A stretch of DNA of 64,000 nucleotides from Octopus vulgaris (GCA_951406725.2 OX597814.1:31062001-31126000); one strand, 5' to 3'; positions 26,732-43,730 are shown, counted from the first letter of the stretch. The notes: a model not told the origin generated them from the letters alone. A program made the numbers and translations.

Positions 26732-27493
26732 GTCTATGGGATACTTGTTTCAAAGGAATCCACCGGTAAGTTGAGATTATCTCTTTTTGTAATTAATTAA
26801 TAAATGATAATTGATGTAAAGAGATTTAAGAGATAGAACTTGTGATCCGCCCGCGGACCTTTTTCTTAGAAAATTTTTGCCCGCCGCACTGAAAAATTTT
26901 CCCATCTCTAGTCTAAGGAATACTTGTTTCCTTGAATCCACCGGTAGATTGAGATTCTGTTTTTTTCTTTTGTACTTAATTGATAAATGATAATTGATGT
27001 AAATCTATTGTTATTCATCAATTATATCTTCATTTTCTGCTTTCCTTATATGTATATATGTGTGTGTGTGGCTTTGTGTTTGTCCCCTACTACTGATTGA
27101 CAACCAGTGTTAGTGCGCTTGCGTCCGCGTATGTTAGTGGTTCGGCATAAGAACAATAGAATAATTACAAATTCAAGATATAAGAACTGAGGTCGATTTG
27201 TTCAACTAAACCATTCAACGCATTCCCAGAGGATAGGTGTAGTCCAGGAAATGAACACAGTAAAAGATTCTAAACAATAATGATTGCTGCCGTTCTGCAC
27301 CATACCTAACCCGATTGAACCAACATGGTGTCTCATATCTAATAAAGGTATAATGTATATAAGTGTATATTGACATGAATAAATATAACGCTTCTAACCG
27401 TTTAGATGATATATTTCTATCATTTTGCTTGTTTCTGTTATTAGGCTGCGACCATGCTGGGGTACCACCTTGAAGAATTTTGTATATATATAT

Positions 27494-27565
<72 letters not shown>

Positions 27566-27568
27566 GTT

Positions 27569-27603
<35 letters not shown>

Positions 27604-27615
27604 GTACACACACAT

Positions 27616-27648
<33 letters not shown>

Positions 27649-27669
27649 CATACATACATACCTATAAAG

Positions 27670-27700
<31 letters not shown>

Positions 27701-27754
27701 CATACACACACACACACAATCGTATTCCTTGTCGGCGGCGAGACTTTTCTGTAT

Positions 27755-32424
<4,670 letters not shown>

Positions 32425-33685
32425 AAATGCATGTTTTGCGAGAGAATGGGCTGCTATTCTTAGTAGAGGAACTATCCACATACCAGTACCCCATTTATGA
32501 TGCTTTGGGTCTAGATAAAGATTATCTAACATTGCACCCAAGTCATCACGTAGAAACGAAAAAAGAACCTGGTGGATATTTTCCCTTGATTCTGGAGGAA
32601 TCTAGATTAAATGAAGTTACTCTGAAGAAATGAAGAACTCTCAAGCTCCTTCTTTAAATAATTTACAAAGAAAGTGAAGAGAGTATATTGCAGTTGAAAT
32701 GTATCTGAATTAATGAGACAACACATCAGTACAATTCGAAATTAGAACAATAGAATAATAGTGCATGAATGTCTGAGTCAAGTATGACGAATTGGATTTG
32801 TAAGCTAACGAGAGAACCTCTAAAAAAATCACTCAACATATAGTGAAAAGCAGCCAAATCGCATCACACTGTGTGGTCTTCAAAACAGGAAGGCATATTG
32901 GATAATGTTGTAATTAGGTAATGGAGGCTGGATCAATTTTGCCTGTAGGTTTTACTTTTAACAACAACAACAAAAAAATCATCAACAACGTAAGACTTAC
33001 TATTGATAGAAAGAATGAAATATTATCCTAAAAGGACCGGCTATCATTACTGCAATCTATCTGCGTATCTTACTGGCGTATACACTTTGAACACGGAAAG
33101 TAAAGTAGATTTCGGAGTGACTGGGTGCTAGAAAATAGAACAGGTACATAAAATTAACACATTCTCATTTTTTCGTATCAATATATATCAATACACTAAG
33201 ATCAGAAGGCAAACACTACCTGCATATCAACATTACATATTTACTTTACAACAGGACTTTTTACAGTGGCGTATGGTCAGTTAGGATCAGTTAGGAACAG
33301 TAAACAAACCTTATATAAAAAACAAATTCGGTAATGCAGTGATACATACCATAAAATAATGGGATGGTCATGGGTGGAATGCCACTGTTGTCTGACCTTG
33401 GGGTTAAGCAACAAACATTTCACGTGTAAAGAATAAACATAACAAACCCCTACTCAATTTTTACCTGCCTTGATCTTAAAGTAATGTAAAGGTGTTTACG
33501 TATGCACAAATACACAAATATCCGTATGCAAATGTATATACATATGCATCTGTATATATACGAGTGTATTTCTGTGTGTATATGAATGTAAATCTGTATG
33601 TATTTATATGCCTCCTTTCTCCGAAAATAATGCGAAAGCTGGTTTACGTTTTATTATTAACTGACGTAGAACTTCCACATTTCAG

Positions 33686-34230
33686 GTGCTAGAAGAGAAA
33701 CTCTTTCTTCTTACAAAGGAACTATGCAACATGGTCTTCATATCAAACGATGCATTGGCTCCATTTTCGAATCAAACACTCGAATCTACCTGGAATACGT
33801 GTAGGTGTGCACTGTTGTGCGCATTTCTTCACAGTTGCTTTTACTCCTCTGTGCCATCAAATCTGTTTCCCGAAGATTGTTCTTCATTGAACCGAAAAAA
33901 TGAGAATCGATGGTCGCAAGATCCGAACTGTTCAGTGAAACAAACCCAAATATTAATTGCGTGATTTTGTTACTAAAGATGTGTGCGGCTGTTCGTTACT
34001 AAAATGAATGTGGATTGTTTTAAAGTACTTGTTCGATTTCTTCTTCTTCACGGTTTTTAGTGCCTCAATGTACTGTTTTTGATCACAGTACACACACGTT
34101 CCAGTTTATCATGGAGACTGGCAACATTATCATCCACAAAGCCATGACTTTGTGTACGGATTGTCGTCTCGTAATTTCATTGCATTCCAACAGAGAATGG
34201 CAGAAAGAAGAGCTACTATACAGAAAGAGT
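33686..34230 (+). pseudogene. Possible pseudo-exon of a PAN/apple (plus C-type-lectin-like) domain gene
   Basis: Branch-like ctgac and acceptor tttcag|G; frames give ...YKGTMQHGLHIKRCIGSIFESNTRIYLE / CALLCAFLHSCFYSSV...EDCS, joined by a frameshift, followed by DCFKVL and ASMYC. Domain call is by eye only. Confidence 0.33.
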
Positions 34231-34350
34231 TAGTCTACGTTCATGTTTATTTTGAACGCCCTATATCAGTTACTAAAAAGTTATGTCCACATTTGTTACA
34301 AAAATCGTGTGTATGTGTGTGTGTGTGTAAAAAGTTATATAGATGTATAT

Positions 34351-34581
34351 AGGCGGCGAGCTGGCAGAAACGTTAGCACGCCGGGCGAAATGCGTAGCCG
34401 TATTTCGTCTGCCGTTACGTTCTGAGTTCAAATTCCGCCGAGGTCGACTTTGCCTTTCATCCTTTCGGGGTCGATAAATTAAGTACCAGTTACGCACTGG
34501 GGTCGATGTAATCGACTTAATCCGTTTGTCTGTCCTTGTTTATCCCCTCTGTGTTTAGCCCCTTGTGGGTAGTAAAGAAAT
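34351..34581 (+). mobile_element. Intact family B SINE
   Basis: GGCGGCGAGCTGGCAGAAACGTTAG A-box, GAGTTCAAATTCC B-box, tail GGGTAGTAAAGAAATA; TSD-like tatatagatgtatat / tatacagatgtatat. Confidence 0.95.
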
Positions 34582-34622
34582 ATATATACAGATGTATATA
34601 TCATCCATCCATCCATACACTC

Positions 34623-34841
34623 TCTCTTTTACTCTTTTACTGGTTTCAGTCAAATGACTGCGGCCATGCTGGAGCACCGCCTTTTAATCGAGCAACTCGA
34701 CCCCGGGACTTATTCTTTTGTAAGCCCAGTACTTATTCTATCGGTCTCTTTTGCCGAACCGCTAAGTAACGGGACATAAACACACCAGCATCGGTTGTCA
34801 AGCAATGCTAGGGGGACAAACACAGACACAAACACACACAG

Positions 34842-34911
<70 letters not shown>

Positions 34912-35076
34912 GACGGGCTTCTTTCAGTTTCCGTCTACCAAATCCACTCACAAGGCATTGGTCGGCCCCCCGGGGCTATAGCAGAAGACACTTGCCCAAG
35001 ATGCCACGCAGTGGGACTGAACCCGGAACCATGTGGTTGGTTAGCAAGCTACTTACCACACAGCCACTCCTGCGCC
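34623..35076 (-). mobile_element. Full-length family A SINE
   Basis: Complete reverse-complement copy with internal (CA)n(TA)n. Confidence 0.95.
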
Positions 35077-35167
35077 ACAGTACACTCACGCACACTCACA
35101 CACAAACACACACACAAACACACACACACAAACACACAAACACACACACAAACACACGCACACACAC

Positions 35168-35292
35168 TATGAAATTAAGTTAAATATCTAAGGAACAGGA
35201 AATCATGCAATGGACTATATTCTCTTACAGCTGTAAGCGCATGAAGTTGATTGCATAATATCCTGTTCCTTTGTCATTTATTTAATTTCATA
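35168..35292. repeat. Fold-back centred on cttacagctgtaag
   Basis: gaaattaagttaaatatctaaggaacaggaaatcatgcaat pairs imperfectly with attgcataatatcctgttcctttgtcatttatttaatttc. Confidence 0.8.
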
Positions 35293-36102
35293 TTACACAC
35301 TCTACTCAGCCAATGCTTTATGTATATTTAATTCTAACACTAAGTTTTTCGCACCGTCATACCGAAACAAAACACCTATCCATCTATCTCTCTGTCTGTC
35401 TGTCTACATTCATACCTATTTCTTTACTATCCACAAGGGGCTGTCAACTTTCATACCTTCATATATTTTCTAATACACACATATAAACATACTCTTCTGG
35501 AATCGTATCAACCGAAAGGTCCAATAGAAAAAAAAGAAAACAACATTTTTGACGTTACAGTGGGGTCAAAATTAGAGACGTGCGTAGCTTGCGAAACGAA
35601 CTAGTTTCATAGATATACTTCTACTCTTTCAGATCCACAAAAGTTACCATCTGAAATTATTTTCAAACTTCATTAGAACGCAGAGAAACGGTAGATATGC
35701 ATTTGTCGAAAAAAAAGAAAAGAAAAATTATTAGGAAGAAGGATACTTAAATGAAAGATGGTGATAAACATCCAAAGAAAATATATGATGTTAACATTTA
35801 TATTGTAAAATTGGAAAGAGAATAAATAATTTAATTAACTTATTTTCATATTCTAAGTCACATATATATAGCCAAAGTTTTAAATATCTGATTTGATGAA
35901 TAGTTACTGATGTAATACACAATTGTATAAGGACTGGAAGTTTTTCACTCAAGAACAACAGAAATTTCTTTACCTAGCCAACACCTAAATGTCTTTACGT
36001 AAGCGCTAGCTCTTTCATTCTTTCTTTCTTTGTCTCTCTCTCTCTCTCACACACAGACATGCAAACACGCACATATACAATGATATATAATGCATACATA
36101 CA

Positions 36103-36138
<36 letters not shown>

Positions 36139-37029
36139 TATATATACATATGTATATGTGTGAATATATATTATAAAATGTAGAGAGAGTGCGTGCGAGA
36201 ATATATATAGTTCTGTGTGTGTGTGTGTGTGCATGTGTGTGTGTGTGTATGAGTGATGTGCGTATGTGTTTATATATCAAAGAAACAGAAAGAGAAATGA
36301 AAGGGAGAGATAAATGACATATGCATGCCACGTTTCTAGATATATTTTATTGTTATGTTCTATACATGATTAAGTATTTCAATAAATTCACTTAAATACA
36401 GACACAGAGACATAGCAGAAGTATATACACACTAGTATGTATTCATGAATGCATGCCTAACAATATGCTTGTGTGCGCACGTTGTACGAACGCAACATTT
36501 GCAGGCAAAAATCACTTTGATATTTTTCATGATACCACCTAGGAAAATGTTACGAGCTTAGAGAAGTTGACAGGAATTAAATGAATAAAGCAAAATACAA
36601 CACCCTAGTATCAATACATATATGGATATATCATGACATAAAGCGAAAGTTAGAAAAAAGACTAGACCTTACAACAATAAATGCAACAATTACAAAAGCA
36701 CAAATAAAATAAATTGAAATATGATATGAAAATTCGTAAGAAAAAAGACGAACTTAAACTGATATTTGTATTATATAGAGCTACAATATACACCTTTTTT
36801 AACTTTAACATATATCAATTATAGATATCTTAAATTTTTCTGTATGGATGCCTTTACGAACACCAATTGACATTTTCTTATCAGATCTATCTTCTTGCTT
36901 TCAATAAAGATAGGTATTTTGAATATTTACAAGTAGTTTCGAATGTGTATACATATAAATAACCAAGCATATAAGTAAATGGACACGCGCATTCACATAC
37001 ACTATACACAGGGTGTGTATATAGGAAGA

Positions 37030-37108
<79 letters not shown>

Positions 37109-37292
37109 TGTGTGAGTATGTATATGTATATATTTATATATATATGAGAGTGTATAACGATTTATACACTGAGAGAAGACCTTTGACAGGACTTCTTGCA
37201 AGCTAGAAAGGACAGTTAAACCCAAACAACGGAAGATAATTATTTAGGCTCGCTCTTAATTTCACTAGAGTGAACAAAATAGAAAATTAGTT

Positions 37293-37364
37293 AATCCCAT
37301 ACACGAATTTCGCTATTAATGCTCAAATAAATCAATTTGGCGTCCGTAGCTCATCAGTGGGATC
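37293..37364 (-). ncRNA. Type I hammerhead ribozyme motif with canonical core
   Basis: Minus strand: gatccca-CTGATGA-gcta[31 nt]tagc-GAAA-ttcgtg-TA-tgggatt; ~150-nt tail to a microsatellite at ~37143. Confidence 0.82.
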
Positions 37365-37409
37365 GTTAAAGAATGCATAATTATGTAGCTTTAATACGTA
37401 CCGAAAACA

Positions 37410-37569
37410 TGTCTTTTCGTCCCCGTAACTTGGCTGTTTTACAAAAGAGACCGATAGAATAAGTACTAGGCTTACAAAGAATAAATCCTTGGTTCGATCT
37501 AAACGATGTAAAGCGGTGGTCGAGCGTGGCCGCAGTCAAATGACTGAAACTAGTAAAAGGATAAAAGAA
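37410..37569 (+). mobile_element. Family A SINE 3' fragment
   Basis: aaaagagaccgatagaataagtactagg...gccgcagtcaaatgactgaaac. Confidence 0.85.
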
Positions 37570-37600
<31 letters not shown>

Positions 37601-37724
37601 GAATATATATATATATAGGTGTGTGTGTCTGTGTGTGTGTGTATGTGTGTGTGTGTGTATAAATTTTTAGAATGAGATAAAAATCCATAGCTGTGAAAAA
37701 TTTCAGAACATTTATAAACAGAAG

Positions 37725-37772
37725 TACTTACAGCTGTTTCCGGGATATTTTATATATTTCTCCATCGGAGAC
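37725..37772 (-). ncRNA. Degenerate hammerhead motif at the end of a PLE-like remnant
   Basis: Minus strand: gtct-CCGATGG-agaaatat...atatcccg-GAAA-cagctg-TA-agta. Confidence 0.5.
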
Positions 37773-38603
37773 GATGTGAGAAAGTGGTTAAGCAATTGTC
37801 ATTTTCGATAAGATATGAAATAGAGAGTGAAGTTGAGGAATGAAAATAGACGTGAGATATACAGGAATATTGCATCTGCAGATCCATTATTTAGGCAGAA
37901 TGGTATCTATATAAGATTCCAGTACCTTGCGAGTAAGTTCCAATAGTATTTAGAATTGGTCATTCTAAGTATAGAGTTTGTACACGGTGTTATTGAATCG
38001 AGGGTTTTTATTTAAAGTGACTTAAAAGTTGGGAATGTACTTGTAAGGTCAAATCGAAAACAGGACGAGAGGAACAAATGAAAAAGGAAAACGAAAAGCG
38101 GGGAGAGAGATAATAAAGAGCTGAGGAGAATGTAAGTGTACTGGTTAGATAAATTGATAGAAGGAATGGAGAGGTGAGGGTGATAGAGAGAGAAAGATAT
38201 GAGCGTGTAAAAATATGATAGGGTAAAGAGTAAAGGAGCGTCAAATAGAAGGAATAGGGGTGATGAGTGATAGAGAGAGAACGGTATGAGAGTGTAAAGA
38301 GTAAATGAGTGTCAGGTATGTAGTGATAGAGCCTAAGTGAGGAGCAGAGAGAGGGGGTAGGGGTAGTAAAAGGAAGAATTTTGGAATATAGGTTAGTTTG
38401 GTTAAAGGACAGGTCAGTACTTAGTAAGTAATAGAAGAATATATATGTGAAGATATATACACATACATATATTAAACATTTATATAGATATTTATACATA
38501 TCAACACCTACACATGCAACACGTGCTCATATGTATATGCGCATACGTACTCATATGTATATGTACATACGTACACTCAAATGTATATGTACATACGTAC
38601 ACG

Positions 38604-38800
38604 CTCCCATTCTCACTTAACATTAAGAACTTAGCTAAATCTTCCTTTAAAATACTATACTCTAACTTCCTTCGGCAATATAAATATCATTCTATCTTTA
38701 ATAGATCCACACTAAAACTATCTTATTCTGCCCCACTCAACTTCGAATCTATTGTAGCAGCCTCTAATAAGCAAAAGCTTTCTCTTTACTATCAAAATTC
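38604..38800 (+). pseudogene. Neptune-type PLE linker fragment
   Basis: LPFSLNIKNLAKSSFKILYSNFLRQYKYHSIFNRSTLKLSYSAPLNFESIVAASNKQKL matches the PPFS...HKIFNR.T.KLSYS...N...II..HN.K pattern. Confidence 0.75.
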
Positions 38801-39638
38801 ACATAATTACAACTCTAGTCATACGAACGCTCAACATACGCGCAGCTCCATACAATCGCAACCCAGCCCATCCTACTGACACTGACCGTGATTCCACCTT
38901 GTAAATGTATTTATAGACAGTAAAATGTGTGTGTGTGTCTAGCCATACGTATGTGTGTCGATGAGTACATATACGAATACACATACATTTGCGTTTACAT
39001 AGCACATAATAAGTCCTGCATCTTTATATTTTAGAACATCTTATGTTCTTCATCTGTATATTATAATTCATATATTCCTGCTTATTCATATCTTATAACA
39101 AACGTGGCGAAACTGCGACACTGTAAAGTACAAAGCTTGCCCTTAAACGAGTATAACATTTCAAAGGAAATTATATGATACATATATCTTGATCTAAGAT
39201 AATCTAAAGTAGCTTTCATATGCTTAAATGTTCCTTCCCTATTCATAACTGTATGCTGTCATTTACTTCCATGTGTCTTATACGTTATCAAAAAGTTTCA
39301 ATATATTTTGCGTACATTTTGTAAGGACATTCATGAGTAATTATCTATTATGTAGTAACCAAGTCTTAGTAGAAAAGACAATTAATGCTAAGTTGTCATC
39401 TGACATTTAACTTTTATCTGGCTTCTGGTTTTCTAATAGAAGAATGGTTTCCGTGTCTAGTCTATAAAAACACGTAGTTACACACACACTCACACACACA
39501 CACACGCCCACGAAAATACAGACACACGAGCACTCACACACGAACACACACACACGAACACACACTCGTGTGTGTGTAAAGGCTGTGGTCATGTAGTGGT
39601 ACCGCCAGTATTTTCTCTTTGTGCTTTCATGTTTGGAT

Positions 39639-39801
39639 TGGCTGTGTGGTAAGTAGCTTGCTAACCAACCACATGGTTCCGGGTTTAGTCCCACTGCGCG
39701 GCACCTTGGGCAAGTGTCTTCTGCTATAGCCCCGGGCCGACCAATGCCTTGTGAGTGGATTTGGTAGACGGAAACTGAAAGAAGCCTGTCGTATATATGT
39801 G

Positions 39802-39832
<31 letters not shown>

Positions 39833-40030
39833 GTTTGTGTGTCTGTGTTTGTCCCTCTAGCATTACTTGACAACTGATGCTGGTGTGTTTACGTCCCCGT
39901 CACTTAGCGGTTCGGCAAAAGAGACCGATAGAATAAGTACTGGGCTTACAAAGAATAAGTCTTGGGGTCGATTTGCTCGACTAAAGGCGGTGCCCCAGCA
40001 TGGCCGCAGTCAAATGACTGAAACAAGGAA
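39639..40030 (+). mobile_element. Family A SINE
   Basis: Near-full copy. Confidence 0.93.
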
Positions 40031-40050
40031 AAAAAATACATATATATATA

Positions 40051-40377
40051 TAATGTAAAGTATAGAAGCCATCTTAACATGGCTAAACACATAGGGGAGG
40101 GGTGTTACTGTAGCTCTATAGCCCCAGGAGATCGTCGTCTCCAGCTGGCTTTAGACACCATTTCAGTGCCCTTGAAGTATTTGCAAAGGGAGGCCATCCC
40201 TTTCTCGCAAGCCTGAGTGATACGCTCGACTAGTTTCGGCATTATTGTCCCTTATCAACGGGCGGTAACCACCGGGTAACACACCCTCCCCTATGTGGTT
40301 AGCCATATTAAAATGGCTTCTATACTTTACATTATCGAGCGATTACTGTTTACATCTCATTCTGAGATTTAATAATG

Positions 40378-40379
<2 letters not shown>
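40051..40379 (-). mobile_element. Fold-back mini-element with hammerhead (same family as 54683-55180)
   Basis: Arms 40051-40108 / 40276-40334; flanked by (TA)n on both sides. Confidence 0.85.
40223..40264 (-). ncRNA. Type I hammerhead motif, U3-A8 variant
   Basis: Minus strand: cgcccg-TTGATAA-ggga-caataa-tgcc-GAAA-ctag-TC-gagcg. Confidence 0.7.
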
Positions 40380-40451
<72 letters not shown>

Positions 40452-41707
40452 CATATGTGTGTGTGTGCTTGTCTTCGGTTTTTTTTTCTCCTTTGGTATA
40501 TCACTTTCTAAATTTTGTTATGCATATATTGCGCATGTAAAGTATCTATGCTACACCCGGTGAGCACAACGTGATTACTTTACACGTTTACAGATACACT
40601 TAAACAACATGCATAAATGTATTCTGATAATACTGGAAACGAAATCCGGTTAAGATTTGAAACTATAACTAGTCATCTTTAAAATGTATATACAAGGAAA
40701 TGTGGCAACTAGCTTTATTACTTTTCTATGTTATCACTGTGTATATATGATTTAAGCATTATAAATTTTAAATAATTTCATGACAAACATTCTTTCTAAG
40801 AAGTATTTTCTATACCTTTATAGGCAAAGTTGATAGATGATGAATAAATCATTTATTGATAACTTCATAGGTCATTTTGATTGATAGATGAGTAGATTCT
40901 CTATTTATTGTTCTTTAAATGAAATGCATAAGAAATGCGAATATCTTCATATAAGCATGATATATATTTTTTCGTAAGTGTGAATAAAACCACGAATATA
41001 AACAAATATTGTGGGAGCTGTCGCTTAGAAGTTTCCGGTAATACGAGTCTGCGATCAAGTTTTTGATTTTATTCACTTTCGTTTTTAATGCCCTTGAGTA
41101 AAGCGTGAATATTTCTATCTTCATTCCTGTCATCTGAATGTCAATATGGCTTACCACAAATGATGGATACGCTAATTATGAATAGTTTAGACAGTCTATG
41201 TCTCATATTATTTTAACTGTAATAAATTAGTTCTTGGTTTATAGTTTCCTTGCTATTATTTTATTTATTCAATTAAAACAGTATGTTATTTACCAGCATT
41301 TAAACAATTCAGTCACTGCTCAATAATGATGGATGTAATGGCGATAACATAATACAGGGATATATAGTACTCAGTTCATCTTTACTTATAACATGAACTA
41401 TGTAAATTACTCTTTTAATACCACTCTTTTAATACACTCTTAAAATAATAGTTACATATACAAAATTCACACACAAAATTAACTTATTCAATCAACTGTG
41501 ATTAACTCACGATTTCATTCACTCCTAGTTTAAAGTTTAACTAATGCGAGTGTCTTTTGCAGATGGAAGATGCTGTTTGAGCTTAACTTACACCACTAAA
41601 CAGTAATTCCATATTAAGCATTGCCTACGAAGTTGTAACTTAATTACAGTTAACTACAGTTTGGCACCGACACTCACGAATTCGTCGTCTTAACTTTCTG
41701 AAAAATA

Positions 41708-42160
41708 ATATTCTTTTCTATACTAGGCACAAGGCCCGATATTTTTCGGGAGGAGGCGGTCGATTAGATCGACCCCAGTACATAACTGGTACTTTATTTG
41801 TCGACCACGAATGGATATAAGGCAAAGTCGACCTCGGTGGATGTTGAACTCAGAACGTAAAGACAGGCGAAATACCTATTTCTTTACTGCCTACAAGGGC
41901 TACACGCAGAAGGGACAAACACGGACAGACAAACGGACTAAAATATTCTTTTCTATACTAGGCACAAGGCCCGATATTTTTCGGGAGGAGGCGGTCGATT
42001 AGATCGACCCCAGTACATAACTGGTACTTTATTTGTCGACCACGAATGGATATAAGGCAAAGTCGACCTCGGTGGATGTTGAACTGAGAACGTAACGGCA
42101 GACGAAATACTGCTAAGCATTTCGCCCGCTGTGTTAACGTTTTTGCTAGCTCGCCGCCTT
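41708..42160 (-). mobile_element. Family B SINE with a locally duplicated 3' part and an interposed piece of another tail type
   Basis: 41708-41855 is nearly identical to 41942-42090. Confidence 0.85.
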
Positions 42161-42372
42161 TCTGAAAAACGATATTCTAATGAAATTTTACAAGGGTGCA
42201 TTTTTGAGGTGTAGACTACGATTACATTAACACTAAACAGATATATTTTCCAGGTGTTTGAATCATTCTCCACGTTGAATGCTACTTTCGGTTGCTCACT
42301 CCTATTCTCCAGAAGGGACAAACACGGACAGACAAACGGACTAAGTCGATTACAGCGACATCAGTGCGTAAC

Positions 42373-42557
42373 AGGAACCAGTATCGCAGTGAGAATGAAG
42401 TTATATCTGCTGTTGCTGAGCTTTTTGACCAACAGGATGAAAGCTTCTCCACCAACAGAATCCAAGCACTGGAATACTGATGGAAGAAGTTTGTAGACTG
42501 CAAGGAGGGCTATGTTGTGTCTTGATCAGCCTATGAACATTTCAAAAGACCTTTGTA
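42373..42557 (+). mobile_element. Mariner transposase C-terminal fragment
   Basis: NQYRSENEVISAVAELFDQQDESFSTNRIQALEY*WKKFVDCKEGYV matches the mariner end (..GI..L..RW.KCV...GDYV). Confidence 0.85.
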
Positions 42558-42887
42558 TTCTTGTATGACAGAAAAATACATAGCCCTGTCTCCTCACTTT
42601 ATTTCTCTTCCGTTTTAGTTGCTTTCTTGAAAGGGTTAAATAAGACAACGTGTAATGAATAGAATGTTTTACTTTCGCATGTTTTGCTCTATTTTTATAT
42701 TCTCCTATGTAAGTATATAAATATTTGTAAAATAGTTTTAATAATCACTATCGTCTGATGATCGGAAACAAGGAACTCCAAGATCAAAGGTTACTGGTTA
42801 TCTCCCCATTTGCCCAGTTTTTGTGATAGCACACACTCTCACACACACACACACACAAACATTAGCTAGAGTTATGTTAATCAGTAT

Positions 42888-43258
42888 AGACGTAGGAGTG
42901 GCTGTGTGGTAAGTAGCTTGCTTACGAACCACATGGTTCAGGGTTCAGTCCCACTGCGTGGCACCTTGGGCAAGTGTCTTTGGTAGACAGAAACTGAAAG
43001 AAGCCCGTCGTATATATGTATATACATATATCATATATATATGTGTGTGTGTATGTTTATGTGTCTGTGTTTGTCCCCCCAACATCACTTGACAACCGAT
43101 GCTGGTGTGTTTACGTCCCCGTAACCTAGCGGTTCGGCAAAAGAAACCGATAGAATAAGTACTAGGCTTACAAAGAATAAGTCCTGGGGTCGATTTGCTC
43201 GACTAAAGGCGGTGCTCCGGCATGACCACAGTCAAATTACTGAAACAAGTAAAAGAGT
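42888..43258 (+). mobile_element. Family A SINE with internal deletion
   Basis: Head and tail are intact; the ctactatagcc...gtgagtggat segment is missing. Confidence 0.92.
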
Positions 43259-43504
43259 ATGTATATTTAGAAAATCGCATTACATACGTGTGTGTTCATA
43301 CATCTATATGTTTATATATGTTTCCAAGTATACATGTGCCTATCATTGTTTATGTGTGTACACATAAGCAAAGATATACACAAGCACCGACGCATACACG
43401 TTTGTAGACTGCTTGATACATATATAGAGAGACACAGAAAATAGGCAGATGATTTCATAGAAGTATGGATAAATATTCCTTTGGTGTTTGCGCTACCGTG
43501 CGTT

Positions 43505-43530
43505 AATATATATATATACATATACATACA

Positions 43531-43561
<31 letters not shown>

Positions 43562-43570
43562 CTATATCTA

Positions 43571-43651
<81 letters not shown>

Positions 43652-43658
43652 GTCTGTT

Positions 43659-43712
<54 letters not shown>

Positions 43713-43730
43713 CATACATATATGTATGTA
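43505..43730. repeat. (TACA)n-(TATC)n-(TA)n compound microsatellite
   Basis: Directly visible. Confidence 0.97.

Larger units (their letters stand above)
23193..27717. repeat. Tandem segmental duplication, unit 1 (~4.5 kb)
   Basis: Nearly identical to 27755-~32220 (offset 4562 at the start), apart from microsatellite length and a handful of SNPs and indels. Confidence 0.97.

Noticed and set aside
40915-41157. 80-aa minus-strand ORF as a downstream exon of the signal-peptide gene
   Set aside because: Phase incompatible with the 49886 donor and no recognisable homology.
42752-42790. CTGATGA-tcg-GAAA hammerhead-like string
   Set aside because: No stem III, UH site or stem I partner follows.
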